Positions 19,918-29,211 of a stretch of DNA of 64,000 nucleotides are shown here, piece after piece. The notes beneath the pieces are model-generated. The model had not been told where the DNA came from. It made no database searches and saw only the letters and a program-made list of their open reading frames with translations. The position numbers were made by a program, and so were the translations under genes. How positions within the stretch are numbered: the first letter of the stretch is position 1; each line of letters begins with the position of its first letter. The DNA is from Candidatus Aenigmatarchaeota archaeon (GTDB lineage Archaea; Aenigmatarchaeota; Aenigmatarchaeia; CG10238-14; SpSt-28), in the NCBI GenBank assembly GCA_038997165.1, contig JAWBAK010000001.1, forward strand, positions 436,169 through 500,168, in the 5' to 3' direction.

Positions 19918-22900
19918 ATGAAATACATAAAATTTTTAAAAGAATTAAGTAAAAACGATGTAAATATTGCTGGTGGAAAAGGTGCAAATCTCGGCGAATT
20001 AATAAATTCTGGAATACCAGTTCCTAATGGTTTTGTTGTTTTAGGAAATGCATATAGGGAGCATATAGTTAGAAATAGAATAGATAAAAAAATTAAAGAA
20101 ATTTTAGATCAAACAGATGTTGATAATACAGAGCAACTAGAAAAAAATACTGAAAAAATTCGAGAATTAATAAAAAGTGCGCCAATGCCAAAAGATGTAG
20201 AAAAAGAAATTATTGAGGCTTATAAAAAACTAAGTGAAATTGAAGGTGGTAAAGAAATTTATGTTGTCGCTAGAAGCAGTGCTACTGCAGAAGATATAAA
20301 AGAGGCAAGTTTTGCTGGTCAGCAAGAAACAATTTTAAATGTAAAGGGAGTAGAAAATGTTTTAAATGCGGTTAAAAAGTGTTGGGCTTCGTTATTTACT
20401 GCTAGAGCAACATTCTATAGAACAAAAAAAGGATTCGATCATTTAAAAGTTGATATTGCTGTAGTAATTCAAAAACAACTTGGAAAAATTTCTAAAGAAG
20501 AGTATTTAAAAGGTAAATATGTTGCTGGTGTAGCCTTTACAATACATCCAGCGAGTGGAGATAAAAATAAAATAGTTATTGAAGCTCATTATGGTCAGGG
20601 AGAAGCTGTTGTTAGTGGATATGTTACTCCAGATACTTTTGTTATAGATAAAAGAACAGGAAAAATTTTAGAAAAACATATATCTAAAAAAACAAAAATG
20701 AAAATAGCAAGCGGAGATTTTGGATTAGAAGAAGTAGAAGTTCCTAAAGAATTAAGTGAGATTCCATGCTTAAATGATAAAATTTTAAGAGAATTGTGGA
20801 AAATTTTATTAAAAATTGAAAAACATTATAATTTTCCACAAGATGTTGAATATGTAGTTGAAAACGAAAAAATTTATATAGTTCAATCAAGACCTGTAAC
20901 TGCATTTTTTGAAAAAAAATTAGATGAAATTAATATAAAAATAAAACCGATATTAAAGGGTTTAGCTGCTAGTGGTGGAATTGCAATAGGAAGAGTAAAA
21001 ATTTTAAAGGATGCTTCAGAAATTAATAAAATAGAAGAGGGAGATATTTTGGTAACTACTATGACCGAACCAGATATGGTTCCTGCTATGAAAAAAGCAG
21101 CTGCGATAATTACAGATGAAGGTGGAATGACTTGCTTAGCTCCTAATACAAAATTAATAACAAATTATGGTATTTTGGAAGCAGAAAAAGTTTATAAGTT
21201 AGTTGCTGAGGATAAAGTTGTTTATCTTTTATCAATGAATTTAGAAAAAAAATTAGTTTGGAAAAGAATTATAGCTGCAGGAAGAAGAAAAGACTATATT
21301 TATAAAATTTTTATAAGAGATTTTTTTGATGCTATCTATTTAACTAAAGATCATAAAGCAATAATTTTTGAAGATAGTCAAATTAAGAAAGTTCCTATTG
21401 AAATTTTATATAAGAGAAACATTCCATTAATTTCCATAGTTGATATACCAGAAAAATTAATAAGTATAAACTCTAAAAAATTGGCATATTTAATAGGTAG
21501 TCTAATTGCTACAAAAAAATTATCAGAAATTATTGAAAATATAAATAGAGATAATTCTTATCAAATTCAAATATTAAAATCTGAATTATTAGAATTTGAA
21601 AATACATTTTTAATTAAGATATTAAATAATTTAGAAATATTTGTTTTAAATTTGGATAAGGAATCTACAAAATATTTTCTAAAAGGTTTGTTAAGTGTAA
21701 ATAATTCTATTGAAATATGGGAAGAAAATTTAATCAAAGCAATATCTCTTGCTTTAATTAAAATCGGAGTTTTACCAGATATGATCAATGGCAAATTAAT
21801 ACTGAAAAAGGATAAATTAAAAAGAAGGAAAATCTTAAGATTTCCAATTAATTTTATTTCGAAAGAAAAATATGATTATGTTTATAATTTTGAAGTCTAT
21901 GGAAGTAATGAATTAGAAAAAAATTATATAATTTTATCTGAAAATTTTGTTCCAATATTAGTATCTAATTCACATGCTGCAATAGTAAGTAGAGAAATGG
22001 GAATTCCTTGTATAGTTGGAACAAAGGAAGCAACAAAAGTTTTAGTTGAAAATCAAATTGTTACTGTAGATGCATATAGGGGTTATGTATATGATGGAAA
22101 AGTTGAGGAATTATTAAAATATATTAAGAGCGAAGAGGTTGAAGTTGAAGAAGTTAAAAAATTAAAAACTAAAGCAAAGATATTGATGAATTTAGGAGTT
22201 CCAGAAGCAATTAAAAAGTATAGAAATTTACCATTTGAAGGAATAGGTTTAATGAGAATAGAATTTATAATTGGAAGTTATATAAAATATCATCCAAACT
22301 ATTTAATTGAGCAGAGAAAAGAAGATGAATATATAAACAAGTTAGCAGAAGGAATTGCTTTAGTTGCAAAAGAAATATATCCTAGATTTGTTGTCGTAAG
22401 ATTTAGTGATTTTAAAACAAACGAATATGCAGCATTAATTGGTGGAGAAAAATACGAGCCAAAAGAAAATAATCCAATGCTTGGTTGGAGAGGGGCATCT
22501 AGATATATAAGTAAGGAATTTGAGAATGCATTTAGATTAGAATGTAGAGCTATAAAAAAGGTTAGAGATGAATATAAGCTTAAAAATGTTTGGGTTATGA
22601 TACCATTTGTACGAACTGTTGAAGAATTAGAAAAAGTATTAAAGATAATGGAAGAAGAAGGATTAAAAAGAAGTGAAGATTTTAAAGTTTGGATGATGGC
22701 TGAGGTTCCAAGTAATGTATTTTTAGTTGATAAGTTTTCAAAATATGTTGATGGTTTCTCTATTGGATCTAATGATTTAACTCAACTAATTTTAGGAGTT
22801 GATAGAGATTCTGCGTTATTAGCAAGATTAGGATATTTTGATGAAAGAAATGAAGCTGTTTTAAGAGCTATTGAATATTTAATAAAAGAAGCACATAAAA

Positions 22901-23061
22901 ATAAAGTAACTGTAAGTATTTGTGGACAAGCTCCAAGTGTATATCCGGAATTTACTGAATTTCTAGTTAAAGCTGGAATTGACTCAATTAGTGTAAACCC
23001 AGATGTAGTAATAAAAACTAAAAAATTAGTTTATGAAGTTGAGAAAAAATTAAAAAGATAA
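19918..23061 (+). CDS. ppsA: Phosphoenolpyruvate synthase (intein-containing)
   Basis: GGKGANLGE, RSSATAED..ASFAGQQET, GGMT[intein]SHAAIVSRE, NPMLGWRGASRY, FSIGSNDLTQ. Confidence 0.96.
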   Translation: MKYIKFLKELSKNDVNIAGGKGANLGELINSGIPVPNGFVVLGNAYREHIVRNRIDKKIKEILDQTDVDNTEQLEKNTEKIRELIKSAPMPKDVEKEIIEAYKKLSEIEGGKEIYVVARSSATAEDIKEASFAGQQETILNVKGVENVLNAVKKCWASLFTARATFYRTKKGFDHLKVDIAVVIQKQLGKISKEEYLKGKYVAGVAFTIHPASGDKNKIVIEAHYGQGEAVVSGYVTPDTFVIDKRTGKILEKHISKKTKMKIASGDFGLEEVEVPKELSEIPCLNDKILRELWKILLKIEKHYNFPQDVEYVVENEKIYIVQSRPVTAFFEKKLDEINIKIKPILKGLAASGGIAIGRVKILKDASEINKIEEGDILVTTMTEPDMVPAMKKAAAIITDEGGMTCLAPNTKLITNYGILEAEKVYKLVAEDKVVYLLSMNLEKKLVWKRIIAAGRRKDYIYKIFIRDFFDAIYLTKDHKAIIFEDSQIKKVPIEILYKRNIPLISIVDIPEKLISINSKKLAYLIGSLIATKKLSEIIENINRDNSYQIQILKSELLEFENTFLIKILNNLEIFVLNLDKESTKYFLKGLLSVNNSIEIWEENLIKAISLALIKIGVLPDMINGKLILKKDKLKRRKILRFPINFISKEKYDYVYNFEVYGSNELEKNYIILSENFVPILVSNSHAAIVSREMGIPCIVGTKEATKVLVENQIVTVDAYRGYVYDGKVEELLKYIKSEEVEVEEVKKLKTKAKILMNLGVPEAIKKYRNLPFEGIGLMRIEFIIGSYIKYHPNYLIEQRKEDEYINKLAEGIALVAKEIYPRFVVVRFSDFKTNEYAALIGGEKYEPKENNPMLGWRGASRYISKEFENAFRLECRAIKKVRDEYKLKNVWVMIPFVRTVEELEKVLKIMEEEGLKRSEDFKVWMMAEVPSNVFLVDKFSKYVDGFSIGSNDLTQLILGVDRDSALLARLGYFDERNEAVLRAIEYLIKEAHKNKVTVSICGQAPSVYPEFTEFLVKAGIDSISVNPDVVIKTKKLVYEVEKKLKR
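21133..21969 (+). mobile_element. Intein (279 aa) in ppsA with degenerate LAGLIDADG remnants
   Basis: Starts CLAPNTKL, block B LTKDHK, block F VYNFEV, ends ILVSN before Ser; removal restores GGMT-SHAA. Confidence 0.92.
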
Positions 23062-23067
23062 AGTTAA

Positions 23068-26000
23068 TTAAAAAATATTCTTAATTTCCATACTTTCTCT
23101 GTAAATTTCTTTTAAAATTTCTAGATAATCAATTTTATTTTCTTCAATTAAATCCATTTTTCTTTCTAAATCTCTAGTTAATTCTTCGCTAATGTATTTT
23201 TCAAACTTAGCTTTTAAATATTGATAAACTTCTTTTCCTCTTTTTGTAGCAATAAGTTTATTTTTTCTAGAAATAGCATACTTTCTTTCTAAAATTTTTG
23301 AAATAATTGTTGCATAAGTTGAAGGCCTTCCTATTCCTCTTTCTTTCATCAAAGAAATTATATCTCCTTGAGAAAAAAGAGAAATAGAAGGTTTTCTGAA
23401 ATAATCTTTTTCAGGATCAAAAGATTTTATTTCATATTTTCCTTCTTTTAATTCAATTTTTTTTATCTTTATTATTTTTGTAAATCCTTCTTCAATAATT
23501 TTTGTAATAAATTCTTCTTCTTTTTCTAAATCTAATAATTTAAATTTAAATTTTGTTTTTTCAACTTTTGCAGGTTTCATTTGGCTAGCAATAAATCTTT
23601 TAAAAATTAAGTCATAGAGTAATAAATGATCTTTAGTAATTTTAACTGGTAATTGTAATAGTTTTAATCTAAGCAATTCAATTAATCTCTCAGAATCTAT
23701 AGGTTTTGTAGGTCTTATACATTCATGAGCACCTTCTTTCTCCCAACTTCTCGGATAAAAAATTTTTTCTTCAAAGTTTTGAATAATATATTCTTTGGCT
23801 ATATTTATTCCAAATGAAGAAACTGTAGTAGAATCTGTTCTATGATAAGTTATTAAACCACTTTCAAACAATTCTTGAGCAATTTTCATTGTTTTATTTG
23901 AATCAAATTTTAAAATATTTGAAGCGTCTTTTAATAAAGTATCGGTAGTGTATGGTGGCAATGGATTTAAAATTTCTTCTCTAACTTCAACAACTTTAAC
24001 TTCAACATATGGATAATTTACAATTTTTTCAAAAAATTTCTCTTTCTCTTCTTTCTTTAATTTTTCAAATTCAAAAATAATTTTAATATTATCGAATTTT
24101 ATTCTTAAATAGTCTTTTATACTATTTTTACTTTCTTCTGTTCTTTGAATTATCCAACCTAGTACTGGGGTTTGAACCCTACCTGCAGATAATGTTTTTC
24201 TATTAAACTTTTCTTGAACTTTTTGGCTTAATTCAAAACCAAACCATCTGTCTTCAATTCTTCTAACAATTTGAGATTTAACTAAGTTTAAATTTATTTC
24301 TCTAGGATTATTTATTGCATTTCTAATAGCTCTATATGTTATTTCATGAAATTCTAATCTTTTAATTTTTTTATTAAAAAATCTTAAGAAATTTGCTATA
24401 TCAAATCCTATTTTTTCTCCTTCTGCATCTGGATCAGTTGCTATTAGTATTTCATCTACTTCTAAACTTAAATCTCTTAGAACATTTAAAATATTAATCT
24501 TATCTAATAGCTTTTCATTATCTTTTGGACAAAAAGAAATATTATCTGTATATTGAGAATTACATTTTGGACAAATCTTTATAGTTCCGTATATTGGAAT
24601 AAAGTTATTATCTTTGACTAAAACTCCGTGAAATCCCTCTTTTGTTACTAAATCGAAAACATGTCCTATACTAGCTGTTATTAGCAATATATAATCGCCA
24701 GTTGAAACTTCATAAATTCTTATACCATCTATATCTCTAATTGCTGGCGTTCCAAAGAACTTTGCAATTGTTTTTGCTTTTGTAGGACTTTCAACAATTA
24801 ATAAACCTATTTTTAATAATTCTTTTAGCTTTTTTATTTCTAATTTCCCTTCTTTTATTTTTCTTATTAATTCTCTATCTTTATTAATTTCATTTAAAAT
24901 TTTTTCTAAATTAACATCCTTTATATTTTTAAATTCTGCTTTTTCGTCAAACCATTTAATTTTCTCTTTTAAACTATTGAATGCTTTTTCTTCATCGATT
25001 AAAACTAAGCTTAAACCTTTTGAAATTCCTCCCGCATATAATCTGCTTGTTCTTCCACTTGCTTGAATATATGCTTGAACATCAGCAATTACAAAATAAA
25101 ACTCTTCTTTATTTTCTTCAAAAACAAGCTTCTTACTATTTTTTAATTTTTCTATAAAATTCTTATTTTTTAATAAATCTTTTATAAACTCATAACTTTC
25201 TTTTAAAACTTGTCTACAATATTCTAAAAATCCTTCTAATTTTTTGTTTTGATTAATAGCTTCTATTACAATTTTTGCATTCTCTTCACTTAAACTTCCT
25301 ATCTTTCTTAATTTGTTTATAATTAAATCTAGCTTATCTTTTTCCTCTTCTTTTTCTAAATATTCCCTTAAGTGTAATAGTAGCATTATTATTTTTCCAG
25401 GTCTAAATTCAGAGAGATCAATTCTAATTTTAAATTTTGGTACTCCAGCAAAAATTGCATATCTTATCACTTCTGGCAAATCTATTCCTCTAGCTAAGGG
25501 ACTTCTATAAGAAGCAATTCCAATCAATACTTGTATATTTCCAGAAATAAAATCATTAATTATTGATAATTTTGTTTTTTCTAGAGTTTTTGCGTTTATT
25601 CCTTTCGAATTTAAAAACTCTTCTAATTTTTTTGCATATTCAATTCCTTTATCCATAGGAACAAAAATTAAGCCTCCATTACCGAATTTTTTAACATATT
25701 CATAAACTTTTTCTTCAATGTTTTTTTCGAATTCATAAACATCTTCTACATTCCTTATTCCTTCTATTCTTGTTCCAATTTGAAAGTTTAATAATTCGTT
25801 AAATAACATTACTCTTTTTGTTTTTGCTCTTACAGAAGCTCCACTTACAATTAAAATTTTATTTATTGGTAAGGAATTTTTGATAATTTTTTTATTTTCT
25901 TCTATCTTTTCTTCTATATTTTTTCTTTCTTCTTCAGATGCAAAAATTAAACTTCTTCTCAATTCTACATTTTCCATTGCTTTTTCTATTATTTCATCAC

Positions 26001-26715
26001 TAAATCCTAAAAGATTTAAAACCTTATTTATATTTTTAGAAGCTTTTAAAAATGAATCAACATCATCAACAAGAATTACATCAAAAGAAATATCTTTTAT
26101 TAATTCAAATTTTTTAGCTAAAAACATATTAGTAGTTATAAGAATTTGAAAATCTCTATTTTTTAGCTTTTCTAAATTTTCTTCTTTTTCTTTTTTCTTT
26201 AGGAGCGAATGAAGAGCTATAATATTTGTTTGAAGATTTAAAGTATCTTTAAATTTTTTGAATTTTTCAAAAACTTGAGAGACTAATAAACTAGTTGGAA
26301 GTAAGAAATAAATTCTTTTCTTAAATTTTGTAGCTAAATATAAAGATAAAATTATTAAAAATGTTGTTTTTCCTGTTCCTGTAGGAGCCATTATTGCAAA
26401 AGATTGATTTTTAAAAACTCTTATTGCCCACATTTTTTGAGCACTCCAAGCAGAAGAATTTATAGCTTTTTTAAAAAATTTTAAAAAATCATTTACTTTT
26501 TTAATAAGTTTATAATATTTATTATAATTTTTTAATGTGTAATTTTTTCTAAGTAGTTTAATTATTTCTTTATAAAATTTAATACTTCCTGGCTTCAATT
26601 TTTTAATTTCTTCTGGAATAATTGGTAAGCATTTTTCACAGGGTAAACTATATACTATTCTTTCATATGAAATTTTTCCGCTACAATTTGGGCATGTATT
26701 TTCATATATTAACAT
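23068..26715 (-). CDS. rgy: Reverse gyrase
   Basis: N-terminal Zn finger, APTGTGKT, DDVD, YIQASGRTSR, IVESPTKA TOPRIM, ATDPDAEGE, SAGRVQTP, ITYHRTDS. Confidence 0.97.
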   Translation of the reverse strand: MLIYENTCPNCSGKISYERIVYSLPCEKCLPIIPEEIKKLKPGSIKFYKEIIKLLRKNYTLKNYNKYYKLIKKVNDFLKFFKKAINSSAWSAQKMWAIRVFKNQSFAIMAPTGTGKTTFLIILSLYLATKFKKRIYFLLPTSLLVSQVFEKFKKFKDTLNLQTNIIALHSLLKKKEKEENLEKLKNRDFQILITTNMFLAKKFELIKDISFDVILVDDVDSFLKASKNINKVLNLLGFSDEIIEKAMENVELRRSLIFASEEERKNIEEKIEENKKIIKNSLPINKILIVSGASVRAKTKRVMLFNELLNFQIGTRIEGIRNVEDVYEFEKNIEEKVYEYVKKFGNGGLIFVPMDKGIEYAKKLEEFLNSKGINAKTLEKTKLSIINDFISGNIQVLIGIASYRSPLARGIDLPEVIRYAIFAGVPKFKIRIDLSEFRPGKIIMLLLHLREYLEKEEEKDKLDLIINKLRKIGSLSEENAKIVIEAINQNKKLEGFLEYCRQVLKESYEFIKDLLKNKNFIEKLKNSKKLVFEENKEEFYFVIADVQAYIQASGRTSRLYAGGISKGLSLVLIDEEKAFNSLKEKIKWFDEKAEFKNIKDVNLEKILNEINKDRELIRKIKEGKLEIKKLKELLKIGLLIVESPTKAKTIAKFFGTPAIRDIDGIRIYEVSTGDYILLITASIGHVFDLVTKEGFHGVLVKDNNFIPIYGTIKICPKCNSQYTDNISFCPKDNEKLLDKINILNVLRDLSLEVDEILIATDPDAEGEKIGFDIANFLRFFNKKIKRLEFHEITYRAIRNAINNPREINLNLVKSQIVRRIEDRWFGFELSQKVQEKFNRKTLSAGRVQTPVLGWIIQRTEESKNSIKDYLRIKFDNIKIIFEFEKLKKEEKEKFFEKIVNYPYVEVKVVEVREEILNPLPPYTTDTLLKDASNILKFDSNKTMKIAQELFESGLITYHRTDSTTVSSFGINIAKEYIIQNFEEKIFYPRSWEKEGAHECIRPTKPIDSERLIELLRLKLLQLPVKITKDHLLLYDLIFKRFIASQMKPAKVEKTKFKFKLLDLEKEEEFITKIIEEGFTKIIKIKKIELKEGKYEIKSFDPEKDYFRKPSISLFSQGDIISLMKERGIGRPSTYATIISKILERKYAISRKNKLIATKRGKEVYQYLKAKFEKYISEELTRDLERKMDLIEENKIDYLEILKEIYRESMEIKNIF

Positions 26716-26743
26716 AAAAATATCTATTTTTTATTATCAATTT

Positions 26744-27049
26744 TTAACTTTTTAATTCTGATAGTTTCCATTTGGGAAATTTCTTTTTTATTCTATCTTC
26801 TGGTCTACCAATTAATATATCTCCCAAAACTTTCACTTTTTTATTATTATCTAATTCAAAAAGAAAAATTGTTGATTTCTTTGGAACAACTTTTCTTTTT
26901 TTATTTTTCTTTTCAATTATAATTGTATTGTATGTCTCATCTACAACAATTCCTTTTATTTTTTTTAAACTTTTATTTTTAGAATCTAAAATTTTTACTT
27001 TTAAACCAATTAATTCATGCCTTACTAAGTTATATTCATTTCTAACCAT
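26744..27049 (-). CDS. rnp1: RNase P protein component 1 (Rpp29/Pop4)
   Basis: [29 protein letters not shown]. Confidence 0.93.
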   Translation of the reverse strand: MVRNEYNLVRHELIGLKVKILDSKNKSLKKIKGIVVDETYNTIIIEKKNKKRKVVPKKSTIFLFELDNNKKVKVLGDILIGRPEDRIKKKFPKWKLSELKS

Positions 27050-27085
27050 TATAAATTTAAATTTTTATCCTATAAACATTATTTA

Positions 27086-27367
27086 ATGAAGTTTCCAAAA
27101 GAAGTTAGAATATATTGTAAGTATTGTAAAAAACATACTTTACATACTGTTGAAATTTCGAAAAAAAGGCCGAGAAGAACTTTATCACACGGACAACGAA
27201 GATTTTTAAGAAAAATGAAAGGATATGGAAGTTTTCCTAAAGAAAATCCAAAGGGAAGAGAAAAGAGCGTTAAAAAAGTTGATTTAAAATTTAAATGTAA
27301 AGAGTGTGGAAAGAAACATTCCCATGGAAAAGGTTTTAGAATTAAAAAAATAGAATTTAAAAGTTAA
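27086..27367 (+). CDS. rpl44e: Ribosomal protein eL42 (L44e)
   Basis: [22 protein letters not shown]. Confidence 0.95.
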   Translation: MKFPKEVRIYCKYCKKHTLHTVEISKKRPRRTLSHGQRRFLRKMKGYGSFPKENPKGREKSVKKVDLKFKCKECGKKHSHGKGFRIKKIEFKS

Positions 27368-27538
27368 ATGGCTAGTAAATTTTTAAGAGTAATTTGTTTA
27401 AAATGTAGAAACGAGCAAATTATATTCGAAAAAGCTAGTACAATTGTTAAATGTTTAAATTGTGGTCAAATTATTGCGAAACCAACTGGTGGAAAAGCTA
27501 AGTTAGAAAAAGTAGAAGTTATTGAAGAAATAGAATAG
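27368..27538 (+). CDS. rps27e: Ribosomal protein eS27, 56 aa (not in ORF track)
   Basis: Hand translation MASKFLRVICLKCRNEQIIF..VKCLNCG..AKPTGGKA; canonical position after L44e. Confidence 0.95.
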   Translation: MASKFLRVICLKCRNEQIIFEKASTIVKCLNCGQIIAKPTGGKAKLEKVEVIEEIE

Positions 27539-27555
27539 ATAAAATTAACTTATTT

Positions 27556-28194
27556 ATGCATTATTTTATGGAAGAAATAGAAGAAGTAATAACTTTTGAA
27601 TATATTAGAGAAGCTTACACTGCTGAAAAAAGTGAAAATAAATTATCGAAATTACCAAACGATTTTTTCAAAAAAGTAGACAGCTATTTAAAAACAAAAG
27701 AAGAAATATTTAAAAATACTCAAGATGAAAAAGTTAAATACGAATTAAAAAATGCTAAAAGAATGGTAGATGAAATAATTTTATTAAGATTGAAAAAAAT
27801 AATTGATGCAGTTTTTATATTTTTAAAAAGCGGAAGTTTACCTTCTAATATGTTACCAAAAGAAGAAGAGCTTTTTTTCAAAATTATAGATTTAGTAAAA
27901 GATTTAAAGAAAAATTTGTTTGAGTCAAAAGAAATAACAAAAACAAATGAATCAAATAAAAATTTGAATTTAATAGAAAATAAAAATGAAAAGAAAATAG
28001 AAGATGATGAGCAGAAAATTGAAAGAAAAGAAAAAGATAGGATAAAAGTTAAAGTTCTCATTGAAATACCAAAGTTTATTGGACCTGATGGAAATTGGTA
28101 TGGGCCTTACGAGAAGGGAAGTATTGTTGAGTTGGAAAAAGAAATTGCAAATTTTTTAATTGATGCAGGGTTTGTATCTGTAAGTTATACTTAG
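27556..28194 (+). CDS. GINS subunit (Gins15/51 type)
   Basis: N-terminal EK...LSKLP.DFF, R..KI helical domain, C-terminal IPKFIGPDG..YGPY..G.IVEL B-domain. Confidence 0.85.
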   Translation: MHYFMEEIEEVITFEYIREAYTAEKSENKLSKLPNDFFKKVDSYLKTKEEIFKNTQDEKVKYELKNAKRMVDEIILLRLKKIIDAVFIFLKSGSLPSNMLPKEEELFFKIIDLVKDLKKNLFESKEITKTNESNKNLNLIENKNEKKIEDDEQKIERKEKDRIKVKVLIEIPKFIGPDGNWYGPYEKGSIVELEKEIANFLIDAGFVSVSYT

Positions 28195-28239
28195 CTCTAA
28201 AAAAGATATATATTTTTTTTAATAAATAATTATTAGTTT

Positions 28240-29211
28240 ATGGATGTCAATAGAACTGCAAAAATTAAATTAATAGGTTTAATGTTATTTTTAATTTTTT
28301 CTTTGTCGTTAATTTTTGCAGAGGAAAAAAAAGAAGGTATAAACATTACAGAAATTACAGAAATTATAATTGCTATATTACCAATTATATTTGTTATTTT
28401 AATTTTACTTTATTTGGGTGGTTTTTTAAAATTTGGAAAAGTAGGAATACCTTGGCCTATTATTATTTATTCAGCAATTATAATTATAATTTTTGTATTA
28501 CCTATATTACAAAAGTTTGGAATTATACACATATTTCCAGATAATCCAGACGAAATATTTAGCAGAGAAGAGTTTAAAGGATTTAAACAATATAAATTAC
28601 CAGAAGGAGTATGTAAAGCATTTCTTTCTTTAAATATTAGTGAAAGTGTTTCTTGTTATATGCCTGCGTTCATATATTTCTTTTTATTACCTTTTGTTTC
28701 AATATATGCAATTACATGGGCATTTTTAAAACAGATTAAAATTTTTGAAGGTTTAGGTAGAAACCTAGAAGGATTGATTGCGTTTATTATAGCTTTTATG
28801 ACACTTCCAATGGGTACTTTTATTTTATTAGTAGCACTTTGGTTTAGTGTAATGGGTGCATTTTCAATAGCAATTTTTGTAGCTATGTTTTTGGCTGGTG
28901 TGTTTTTCAGGGGTTTAGGATTCGTAGAGGAAAAGCGCTTTGAATATATTGGAAAAAGAGCTAGGGATGAATACTTAAGAAAAGTACATAATGCAGCAAG
29001 ATTAGCAATAGACAGAATTAATAGAGCTAGTGACGTAGATGAAATAATAAGAGCTGTATATCAATTTATTGAAAAGACTGGACATGATGTAGATTTTAGT
29101 AAAATCGATGAAATTAGAAAGAAATCTAATTTAGAAGATGCTAAGAAGGCAGCAACAAGTCTGATAGAGGAATTAACTTCTAAAACAGGTTCAGCTTCTA
29201 AAACAGGTTAA
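28240..29211 (+). CDS. Multi-pass membrane protein, paralog of 32568 and 33122
   Basis: Signal-like N-terminus, several TM segments, FLLPF...W..L...KIF motif, charged C-terminal tail. Confidence 0.75.
   Translation: MDVNRTAKIKLIGLMLFLIFSLSLIFAEEKKEGINITEITEIIIAILPIIFVILILLYLGGFLKFGKVGIPWPIIIYSAIIIIIFVLPILQKFGIIHIFPDNPDEIFSREEFKGFKQYKLPEGVCKAFLSLNISESVSCYMPAFIYFFLLPFVSIYAITWAFLKQIKIFEGLGRNLEGLIAFIIAFMTLPMGTFILLVALWFSVMGAFSIAIFVAMFLAGVFFRGLGFVEEKRFEYIGKRARDEYLRKVHNAARLAIDRINRASDVDEIIRAVYQFIEKTGHDVDFSKIDEIRKKSNLEDAKKAATSLIEELTSKTGSASKTG
29177..29209 (+). repeat. 15-bp direct repeat CTTCTAAAACAGGTT x2 (period 18)
   Basis: Seen at 29177-29191 and 29195-29209; encodes TSKTG/ASKTG at the protein C-terminus. 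Confidence 0.8.
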
